Part shown: positions 40,325 through 50,618 of the stretch, piece after piece
Layout: every line of letters starts with the position of its first letter
How positions within the stretch are numbered: the first letter of the stretch is position 1
DNA from: Thermoanaerobaculia bacterium
GTDB lineage: Bacteria; Acidobacteriota; Thermoanaerobaculia; Multivoradales; JAHEKO01
Assembly (NCBI GenBank): GCA_046756565.1
Contig: JBHHWO010000002.1
Span: 1,141-65,140 of the forward strand
Reading direction: 5' to 3'
DNA: 64,000 bases
Made by a program: the position numbers and the translations under genes
The notes under the pieces: model-generated
Databases searched by the model: none
The model's input: the letters and a program-made list of their open reading frames with translations, nothing else
Told to the model about the DNA's origin: nothing

Positions 40325-41101
40325 TCAGTCGCGCTCGAGAAAGTTCCGGATAGCCGGGAATGACTTGATCGCTTCGATTTCGGCCCGCAGCTCCTCGACC
40401 TCGTCCTCCAGCTCCTCGACCTCATCCTCCAGCTCCTCGAGCTCTGAAGCCCTCCCGTCGAGGGTTCCCTCGACCGTAAGGTCGCCTGCGATGTGCACAT
40501 TGCCCGCGCTGTCGATGACCAGACTGTTCTCGGGACCCCCGGCCTCGATGCGGAAGATGATGGCGCCGGGCGGAATGCATTCTCCCGCGTCTACGCAGGT
40601 GCCGCCGGCATCGGAGCAGAAATTGGGATCCGGAGCGCACGGTTGCCCGTCGAATGTGCCTCCGACACAGACGCCGGCGCAATTCGCCCCGGTGCCGTCA
40701 CCGCACACGAGTCCGTGATTGGTACCGCCTTCGCAGAATCCCTGGCCGCTGACGGAGACGACCCCGGCACCGCGGTCCGCGAACCCCAGAAAGCTCGTCC
40801 CCCCGTTGTTTGCGTCATTAGTGATGATCTCCCAGTCATTTTTCGGGAAGGCGGCAGTAAAACTCGTGTCGTTGAAGAAGATCCGCATGTTGTTCTCTTG
40901 CAGCATGAACGTCGTGAAACTGAACGCTTGCTCGTTTTGGCAGTCGAATCCCAAGCAGGCGCTCCCCACGACAATGAGGTCGTCCGCGATCACCTGGTCG
41001 GCCTGGCCGGCAGACGGACCGACGGCGGCCATCACCGCCATCGCCGTGACCACCAAGGCCAGCATCCGAACAGTCGTTCCGAGCTTTCTTTGAAGGGTCA
41101 T
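40325..41101 (-). CDS. Secreted tail-fibre-like protein with Cys/Gly-rich middle and acidic coiled-coil C-terminus
   Basis: RBS AAGGAGG. Signal peptide MLALVVTAMAVMAAVGPSAGQA. DDLIVVGSACLGFDCQNEQAFSFTTFMLQENNMRIFFNDTS...NDWEIITNDANNGG resembles the N-domain of bacterial tail-fibre-domain proteins (from memory). C-terminal ELEELEDEVEELEDEVEELRAEIEAIK. Confidence 0.7.
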   Translation of the reverse strand: MTLQRKLGTTVRMLALVVTAMAVMAAVGPSAGQADQVIADDLIVVGSACLGFDCQNEQAFSFTTFMLQENNMRIFFNDTSFTAAFPKNDWEIITNDANNGGTSFLGFADRGAGVVSVSGQGFCEGGTNHGLVCGDGTGANCAGVCVGGTFDGQPCAPDPNFCSDAGGTCVDAGECIPPGAIIFRIEAGGPENSLVIDSAGNVHIAGDLTVEGTLDGRASELEELEDEVEELEDEVEELRAEIEAIKSFPAIRNFLERD

Positions 41102-41144
41102 GCTTTTTCCTCCTTGGTGAAGGGTCCGATCGCGAAAGAGCGAT

Positions 41145-41190
41145 CTGCCTCTATCTGGGGAAACGCAAAGAGCGGAGAAAAGGGATCAAG
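41145..41190. promoter_or_regulatory. Copy A of a conserved 46-nt bipartite motif (GGAAACGC ... AAAAGGGATCAAG)
   Basis: Ungapped alignment with 43625-43670 gives about 39/46 identities. The mismatches cluster between the two perfectly conserved blocks. Confidence 0.5.
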
Positions 41191-41292
41191 GGTCCGGGAG
41201 GGCGGCCAGGAGCCCTCGATAGCCTTCTGCCGATGGTCTACGATGAGCTTCGGACAATGGCTCATCACAAGCTCAAGGGGAACCGGAGCGAT
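41191..41292 (+). pseudogene. Decayed 5' fragment of an ECF sigma gene (duplicate of 43721-43825)
   Basis: gtccgggagggcggccaggagccctcgatagccttctgccgatggtctacgatgagcttcggacaatggctcatcacaagctcaaggggaaccggagcgat aligns to the real sigma gene. It lacks the ~50 nt containing the start codon, has a 1-nt deletion (frameshift), and ends after ~100 nt. Confidence 0.6.
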
Positions 41293-41375
41293 CCCCCGAG
41301 AGATAAGTGGCTGGTTCCTCCAAGTGGGGCTCAGGGGCGTCCCCAGATCGGGCAACTGCGGACAGCGGCGCTAGT

Positions 41376-43589
41376 CTAAAGGCTATCGATCGAGTCGACC
41401 TGGATCGTGACCCAGCTCCCCACGATGGCCCTCGAGTCGCCGTCCGAGTCAAAAACCGTACACTGGACAGCCACCGATCCCGGTGCGGCCAGAGTCACCG
41501 CACCGATGAGGGTCACGTGGGTTCGGAAGGAGGTCGGCCAACCGAAAGTGCCGGAAAGACCTGGAGGGCCGATTCCTCGAGATTCCAGCACCAGAGCTCC
41601 CGAAGCGAGTCGGCAAAGGACAGCGGAGCTCTGGATGATCGACGAGATCACAATATCGGTCAGCCATAGACCCGTATTGGCGATAACGACGTATTTCCCC
41701 GCGTCGAGGCTCACGCTTGAGACTTCCGTGAAGGTCGGAAACTCTGTGTCGATCGAAACTTGGGCTCCGGTGAATTGCCGGTAGCCCGCCTTCGTCTTGA
41801 GAGCCACGGAATCCAGGCCATCGAGAAGGTCGGCGTTCAGAGTACTCCCCGGGCCGTCTCCGGCCAGTGCGATCGACATGACCTCCGCGTCCCTCGCGAT
41901 CTCATCTGCAATCCGCGCTTCCGCAACGGTGCCAGTACTGATATTGCTCCCGTCGAGGTTGGTGAAGAGCGGCCCTTCGCAAGCTTGGCCGTTGCAGGTC
42001 GTGTGCGGCCCGGCAACTACTCCCAGATTGGTCAGGGCCCCGGCCACATCCGTCGCACCCGTGCCGCCTTGCACCACCGGCACCGGGCCAATCGGCGCCC
42101 CGTCTGTGGTCAGCGCCAGGCTCCACGAGGCGAGACTGCCGTCGTCCGCCCCCTCAAACACATCCTGAACAAAGAGTTGCCATTCTCCGACCGGGTCGAT
42201 CCCGTCGAAATCCGACAGGCTCGTACCGTAGGGACCGGAAGGAGCCGGCGCGGGAAGGTCCTCCGGAATGTTCACCGAGGGCCGGTATGATCCTGCGAGC
42301 GGGTTGGTTGTTAAACCGATCGTCTGGCCGGCCTCATCATCAAAGGTGAGATCGACGTTCGTTACTCCGGGACCCCCGCCACCCACAACGCTCATGAGAA
42401 GAACGGCCTGGCCCGTCGGAGCGACAAGCAAGACCCGCATATCCAGCGGAAAGGTGTGAGTGAGCTCGGTGAGGGTCACGTTCACATCGACCAGAGCTGC
42501 GCCGCCGAAGGACGCAACCGTCAGGGTCGACGGATAGGGTGTGGCCGCCGCGGCCCCGATTGTCACTGCTGCTCCGCCAGGCACCGATGTGGTCTCCGGA
42601 AAGGGAGCCACACACACTGGCGCGCCAGCGTCCACTTGCGCGAGGAATCGCCCCGAGGGGCAGTCGAGCGCCTCGAGGGCCGCCGTCAGTTCGGCGTCGC
42701 GGGCTACGACGGGATCGATTCGCGGCTCAGCCACGGTACCCATGCTCAAGTTGCTGGCGTTGAGATTCGTGAAGTTGGTCGCATCGCAGGTCGCACCGTC
42801 GCAGGTCGTGTCCGTATCTGTCGTGTGCGCTCCTCCGACCACCCCCAGGCTGGTGCGGGCTCCAGCGGCATCCGTCGCTCCCGTCCCGCCGTTGGCCAAC
42901 GCGACGGTCCCGGTCACGTTGGCCGCCGTACCACTGATGTCGATCCCCGCCGTCCCCGCTGAGAGGTTCGCCGGATCGAGATCGGTCAGCCAAGTACCGC
43001 TGCCGGAAAAGGAAGTCGCATCCACGTTGCCATCCACACTCAACTGTGTCCCGGGAGGGGGTGCCAAGGGCGTCGGAGTCTCGGCTGAAGGTCCTTGCTG
43101 CGACTCTCTTTTGCTCTCGACTTCAACGGTCGTTGCATCCCTGCCCTGGACGGCAAGATAACGTTGAACCGCCTCGAACGCCTCCTTGAACTCGAGTTCG
43201 CTCGGGCCCGCCGCCACCTGAAACAGCGCCGCTTCCGACCACATGCCGGGAGCGTCGTCCTCGCCCATCGCCCGCACCGACCAGGCATAGCGCCCGCCGC
43301 GCTCCAGGCAGCGGTCGAGTGGTGGTGTCCAGCCCAGAGCGGCGCCGCGCAGGGCCTGCTGGATCACCGGCCGCGCCTCCTCGCTGCCCTCCTGGACCTC
43401 GACCACGACCAACTCGTAGCTCTCGGCTCCCGGGACCGCGCTCCAACTGAAGGTCGGACAAGGGTCCCCGATCAGGGCGCCCGAGAGGCTGCCCGGGGAC
43501 ACCGCCACCGGGATCTCGGCTCCGGACCAGGCCGCGGCGGCAATGAGTACGCTCCAAGCACTGTGTATCTGTATTCGCTTGTTGCGCAT
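41376..43589 (-). CDS. Large secreted tail-fibre-like protein: FN3-like N-domain, two GGTGATD repeat modules, proprotein-convertase P-domain, C-terminal beta-sandwich
   Basis: ATG at 43589 after AAGGAGA. Signal peptide. CPTFSWSAVPGAESYELVVV. Two ~65-aa repeats GGTGATD-AGA-T-LGVV...FTNL...GTVAE-RI...ARDAE. P-domain-like LTELTHTFPLDMRVLLVAPTGQAVLLM...GEWQLFVQDVFEGADDGSLASWSLALT. Confidence 0.8.
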   Translation of the reverse strand: MRNKRIQIHSAWSVLIAAAAWSGAEIPVAVSPGSLSGALIGDPCPTFSWSAVPGAESYELVVVEVQEGSEEARPVIQQALRGAALGWTPPLDRCLERGGRYAWSVRAMGEDDAPGMWSEAALFQVAAGPSELEFKEAFEAVQRYLAVQGRDATTVEVESKRESQQGPSAETPTPLAPPPGTQLSVDGNVDATSFSGSGTWLTDLDPANLSAGTAGIDISGTAANVTGTVALANGGTGATDAAGARTSLGVVGGAHTTDTDTTCDGATCDATNFTNLNASNLSMGTVAEPRIDPVVARDAELTAALEALDCPSGRFLAQVDAGAPVCVAPFPETTSVPGGAAVTIGAAAATPYPSTLTVASFGGAALVDVNVTLTELTHTFPLDMRVLLVAPTGQAVLLMSVVGGGGPGVTNVDLTFDDEAGQTIGLTTNPLAGSYRPSVNIPEDLPAPAPSGPYGTSLSDFDGIDPVGEWQLFVQDVFEGADDGSLASWSLALTTDGAPIGPVPVVQGGTGATDVAGALTNLGVVAGPHTTCNGQACEGPLFTNLDGSNISTGTVAEARIADEIARDAEVMSIALAGDGPGSTLNADLLDGLDSVALKTKAGYRQFTGAQVSIDTEFPTFTEVSSVSLDAGKYVVIANTGLWLTDIVISSIIQSSAVLCRLASGALVLESRGIGPPGLSGTFGWPTSFRTHVTLIGAVTLAAPGSVAVQCTVFDSDGDSRAIVGSWVTIQVDSIDSL

Positions 43590-43624
43590 CGAGTGTCTCC
43601 TTCCCAAGGGCTGCCGAAGGTCGT

Positions 43625-43670
43625 CTGCCTCTATCTCAGGAAACGCAGAGCGCCGGAAAAAGGGATCAAG
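43625..43670. promoter_or_regulatory. Copy B of the conserved 46-nt bipartite motif, between the tail-fibre-like gene and the ECF sigma gene
   Basis: ctgcctctatctcaGGAAACGCagagcgccggAAAAAGGGATCAAG. Plus-strand reading is GGAAAC-N18-GGATCA. Minus-strand reading is TGATCC-N17-CGTTTC. Confidence 0.5.
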
Positions 43671-43687
43671 CGGTATCCTGTCGGCGG

Positions 43688-44257
43688 ATGGGAGGTGAGA
43701 TTACCCAGCTTCTGGATGTCGTCCGGGAGGGAGACCGGGAGGCTCTCAATCGCCTCTTGCCGCTGGTCTACGGTGAGCTTCGGACTCTGGCTCACCGCCA
43801 GCTCAAGGGGAATCGGGGCGATGCGTCTCTCAACACCACGGCCCTGGTGCACGAGGCCTATCTCAAGCTGGTCGATCAGGGCCGGGCGGACTGGAAGGAC
43901 CGCCGGCATTTTCTGGCGGTGGCGGCGACCGCCATGCGCCATCTCGTGATCGACCACGCCCGGCGCCGGACGGCGCAGAAGCGCGGAGGCGGGACAAGGC
44001 ACACACTCCTGGACGAAGGCCGAATCGGGATCGAGGCCCGGGCGGCTCGGTTGCTCGCCCTGGACGAGGCGTTGGAGAACCTGGCCGGTCTCGACGGGCG
44101 TCTGGCTCGCCTGGTCGAGCTGCGCTTCTTCGGGGGTCTCACCGTTGCGGAGTCGGCCGGCGTCCTCGAGGTCTCCGAGCCCACCGTGAAACGGGACTGG
44201 CGCAAGGCCAAGGCCCTGCTCTACCGGACGTTGAACGAGGACACTGCGCCGGGGTGA
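43688..44257 (+). CDS. ECF-type RNA polymerase sigma factor (Sigma70_ECF / TIGR02999-like, kinase-associated type)
   Basis: ITQLLDVVREGDREALNRLLPLVYGELRTLAHRQL...ALVHEAYLKL (region 2) and LVELRFFGGLTVAESAGVLEVSEPTVKRDWRKAKALL (region 4). Directly followed by a Hanks kinase. Confidence 0.9.
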   Translation: MGGEITQLLDVVREGDREALNRLLPLVYGELRTLAHRQLKGNRGDASLNTTALVHEAYLKLVDQGRADWKDRRHFLAVAATAMRHLVIDHARRRTAQKRGGGTRHTLLDEGRIGIEARAARLLALDEALENLAGLDGRLARLVELRFFGGLTVAESAGVLEVSEPTVKRDWRKAKALLYRTLNEDTAPG

Positions 44258-44349
44258 GCGGTCTCGCGGCAGGGCCTGCCTGGGGGCGAGCGCCGGTGGG
44301 CCTGCCAAGCGCGGTAAGATTCTCAACACCTAAACCGGGTGCCAGCATC

Positions 44350-47369
<3,020 letters not shown>

Positions 47370-47373
<4 letters not shown>

Positions 47374-48308
47374 GAGCGGTTCAGAGCCATGAGCTCCGAC
47401 TTCGTTCCGGCCCTTAGAACATGGCTGGGCAGGCTCCGGCCGAGGAAGCCTGCGATCCGCTCCGACGCCTCTCGGACGCGATCCAGGTCCACGCCGGTCT
47501 CGATGCCCATCTCCGAGCACATATAGACGAAGTCCTCGGTGGCGATGTTCCCGCTAGCACCCTTCATGATCGGTGTTCCCCCGAGGCCGCCGAAGGCGGT
47601 GTCGAAGGAATCGACTCCCTCTTCGAGCGCCGCCAGCGCGTTGGCCAGCGCCATGCCACGAGTGTTGTGCAGGTGGAGCCAGAGCCGACGGCCGGCCAGG
47701 ACCTCCTGCACCTCTCGTACCGAGGAGCGAACCTGGCGGGGATTGGCCAGACCGTAGGAATCGGCCACGCCGATCGCCGCGGCTCCGAGTCCGATGAAAC
47801 GCTCGGTCAGCTCGATCACTCGCTCGATCGGCACATCGCCCTCGATCGGGCAGCCCAGGGCGACGCCGAATACCACGGACGCATCGATCCCCCGCTCTTG
47901 GGCACTCTCCGCGATGCGCGCAAAGCGCTCGGCCGATTCACTGATCGATAGGCCGACGTTGGTCTGGTTGTAGCTCTCAGTCGCACAGACCACCACGCGT
48001 ATCTCGTCGATTCCTCCGACCTCGAGGGCACGTTGAGCACCCTCGAGATTCGGCACGAGTGCGCTGAGGCGGACATTCCACCGATCTTTGACAGCCGCCA
48101 GGACCTCGGCGGCATCCGCCATCTGCGGTATGACCCGCGGATGAGCGAACGCGGTCACCTCGATCTCGCCCAGCCCGGCACTGGCCAACCCTTCGACCGT
48201 TGCTACCTTCAGATCGGTCGGAACGAACCGGTCCTCCATCTGGAAGCCGTCGCGCGGGCCGACCTCGATCAGGCGGACGCGCTCGGGCAGATTGTCACTC
48301 GGCGTCAT
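47370..48308 (-). CDS. Hydroxymethylglutaryl-CoA lyase-like (HMGL-like/DRE-TIM) enzyme
   Basis: Internal ATG at 48308; the track extension to 48671 overlaps the better VOC ORF. VRLIEVGPRDGFQ, EIEVTAFAHPRVIPQM, LHLHNTRGMALANALAALEEG. Confidence 0.85.
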
Positions 48309-48699
48309 CTTGAACCAGCTGCAGGTAGACGCCGAAGGTCTCATCCATTTCCAGATCGACCAGCAGCCAACCCTCGACCCCCCGACGCGGGACTCGATTG
48401 ACGAGTCGTATCCCCTCGCCCTCGATGCGCTCAGCCTCCGCTGTGACGTCGTCAACTTGAAAGCCGGCATGGAAGAAGCCCTCTCCGTGCTCCTCGAGGA
48501 AACTCGAGACCGGCCCGTCCCCCACAGGTTGCACAAGCACCAGCCAGACGTTGTCGAGCTCGAAGCGCACCAGCTCGACGCCACGGTCGTCGAGCCGTTC
48601 TCTGCCCAGCGGCTCGATGCCGAAGATCCGCGAGTATCTTTCTGCCGCCGCGTCCAGATCGCGAACCACAAAGTCGATGTGATGCACGCGTCTCAGCAC
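48295..48699 (-). CDS. VOC/glyoxalase-family protein (methylmalonyl-CoA-epimerase-like)
   Basis: VHHIDFVVRDLDAAAERY...GFFHAGFQVDDV. 134 aa. Confidence 0.75.
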   Translation of the reverse strand: MLRRVHHIDFVVRDLDAAAERYSRIFGIEPLGRERLDDRGVELVRFELDNVWLVLVQPVGDGPVSSFLEEHGEGFFHAGFQVDDVTAEAERIEGEGIRLVNRVPRRGVEGWLLVDLEMDETFGVYLQLVQDDAE

Positions 48700-48700
48700 A

Positions 48701-49363
48701 TCAGCCGCCGCCTACCGAGAGGCCCTGGATGTAGGTCAAAACTGCGTCAAGCTCGGTCACGTCGCCGTACTTGCCCTGAATGTCCAGCAGATTGGCTCGG
48801 TGCGCTTCCGGCGAGCGGTCGCCGACACACTCCTCCGGCACGATCGGGCGGAACCCGTGCTGCAGCGCATCAACAGCAGTCGCGCGAATACAACCGCTGG
48901 TGGTCGCGCCCGAGACGATGAGTGTGTCGACAGACCGCGCAGTCAGTTCCGAGGCCAACCCAGTGCCGAAGAAGGCTGACGCGTATTGCTTCTCAATCAG
49001 CACTTCCTGTGGACGACGCTCCAGGCGTGGATCCAGCTCGACCTCCTCGCTACCCCGTATTAGAACCGCCAGCGAGGGCACCTTGCGCACAAACACCCCG
49101 GCATCGCTGAGGTCAGGGCTGTAGGCTGTCGTCGTGAAATAGACTGGCACCTCTATGGACCGCGCGCTATCCAGCAAGCGGCGAGTTGCTCCCACTACGG
49201 CATCCAGATCGGAACCCAGCGGAGAGGAGACTCTGGTGAAGCCTAGAATGAGATCGACGACCAACACGGCTGGCCGGCGGCCAAAGCCCATCTCGCCGGC
49301 AAGGCCCTTCGCCGCATACTCGGCCAGCACGTTCTCAGCGGAACGATCCGGTTCATCCGCCAT
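48701..49363 (-). CDS. Isochorismatase-family cysteine hydrolase
   Basis: ATG at 49363. PAVLVVDLILGF (Asp), YASAFFGT, LIVSGATTSGCIRATAVDA (nucleophile Cys). Confidence 0.8.
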   Translation of the reverse strand: MADEPDRSAENVLAEYAAKGLAGEMGFGRRPAVLVVDLILGFTRVSSPLGSDLDAVVGATRRLLDSARSIEVPVYFTTTAYSPDLSDAGVFVRKVPSLAVLIRGSEEVELDPRLERRPQEVLIEKQYASAFFGTGLASELTARSVDTLIVSGATTSGCIRATAVDALQHGFRPIVPEECVGDRSPEAHRANLLDIQGKYGDVTELDAVLTYIQGLSVGGG

Positions 49364-49386
49364 TGCAACCTCGTTGGTGGCTCCGG

Positions 49387-50592
49387 TTAGATGACACCCT
49401 TCTCCTCGAGGGACTCGATCTCTTGCTCCGAGAGCCCGAGAACACCTCCCAGAATCTCGTGGTTGTGAGCGCCCACCGGCGGCCCCGCCCATTCGGTAGA
49501 GCCTGGGGTTGCCGATAGCTTCGGCAGAATCGCCGGTACCTGGAGGGACTTGCCGCCGGCCTCGACCTCTTCGAACAGGCCTCTCGCCTGGAAGTGTGGG
49601 TCCTTGACCATCTCTTCCACGCTGTAGATCGGCCCTGCCGGAACGCCCGCTTCCTCGAGTTTCGCGAGCACCCCTTCAACCGTCAGATGCGACGTCCATT
49701 CAGCGATCGCGCCATCGACCTCCTGCTGGTGCTCCACGCGGCCCGGGTTGTCGGCGAACCGCTCGTCCTCCGCCATCTCCGGCCTGCCCGCGGCCCGCAT
49801 CAACCGTCTGAAGATGGAGTCGCCATTGCCGCCGATAATGACCCAGCGCCCGTTCTTGCACGGATACGTGTTCGTCGGCACGATCCCGGTGATCGTCGAG
49901 CCCGATGGCTGCCGAACCACTCCGCAGCGATCGTATTCAGGAACCACCGCCTCCATCATGTTGAATACCGATTCGTAAATAGCGGTATCGACGAGCTGGC
50001 CTGCCGTGCCAGCGCGCTGCCCGCGATCTCGATGATAGAGCGCCATGACAATTCCGAATGTGGCGTGGAGCGCGGCCAGCGAGTCGCCTAGGCTCAGGTT
50101 GGGCCGCACCGGCGGCTGGCCTGGAAGTCCGTTGACATAGCGAAAGCCGCCGACACCCTCGCACACGGATGCGTAGCCGGGCAGACTCGCGTAGGGACCG
50201 TCCTGACCGTATCCGGAGATTCTGCAGTAGATCAGTCCCGGATTCGTGGCTTCGATCTCATCCGGACCCAGACCCCACTTCTCCATGGTTCCGGGCCGGA
50301 AGTTTTCGATCAGAACGTCCACCTGGTCGGCGAGACGTCGCGCCAGCCGTCGTCCCTCTTCTTCCCGCAGATTGAGCGTAATGCACTTTTTGTTGCGGCC
50401 CAGCGTGTACCACCAAACAGCAGTACCACTGTCGTCGAGAACTCTCCAGCCGCGGACCGCATCGCCCTTGCCCGGTGGCTCGATCTTGATGACCTCGGCT
50501 CCAAAATAGCCGAGCAACGTGCCCGCGAAGGGACCCGCCATGAGCTGGCCCATCTCGAGAACTTTCACGCCAGCGAGTGGCTTTTTCCCCAA
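49387..50592 (-). CDS. Family III CoA-transferase (CaiB/BaiF)
   Basis: PLAGVKVLEMGQLMAGPFAGTLLGYFGAEVIKIEPP is the canonical family III N-terminus. 401 aa. Confidence 0.9.
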   Translation of the reverse strand: MGKKPLAGVKVLEMGQLMAGPFAGTLLGYFGAEVIKIEPPGKGDAVRGWRVLDDSGTAVWWYTLGRNKKCITLNLREEEGRRLARRLADQVDVLIENFRPGTMEKWGLGPDEIEATNPGLIYCRISGYGQDGPYASLPGYASVCEGVGGFRYVNGLPGQPPVRPNLSLGDSLAALHATFGIVMALYHRDRGQRAGTAGQLVDTAIYESVFNMMEAVVPEYDRCGVVRQPSGSTITGIVPTNTYPCKNGRWVIIGGNGDSIFRRLMRAAGRPEMAEDERFADNPGRVEHQQEVDGAIAEWTSHLTVEGVLAKLEEAGVPAGPIYSVEEMVKDPHFQARGLFEEVEAGGKSLQVPAILPKLSATPGSTEWAGPPVGAHNHEILGGVLGLSEQEIESLEEKGVI

Positions 50593-50618
50593 GCCGATTC
50601 TCCCGCTGCGAGAGTTGG

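Noticed and set aside
40493-41374. 293-aa plus-strand ORF spanning the 258-aa gene and the intergenic region
   Set aside because: Shadow ORF. Its only informative part is the frame-shifted echo of the sigma gene 5' end, reported separately as a pseudogene stub.
48309-48671. N-terminal 121-codon extension of the HMG-CoA-lyase-like ORF in the track
   Set aside because: The extension is Ser/Arg/Trp-rich nonsense. It overlaps, in another frame, the well-formed VOC-family ORF 48295-48699. An internal ATG at 48308 gives a canonical HMGL N-terminus.
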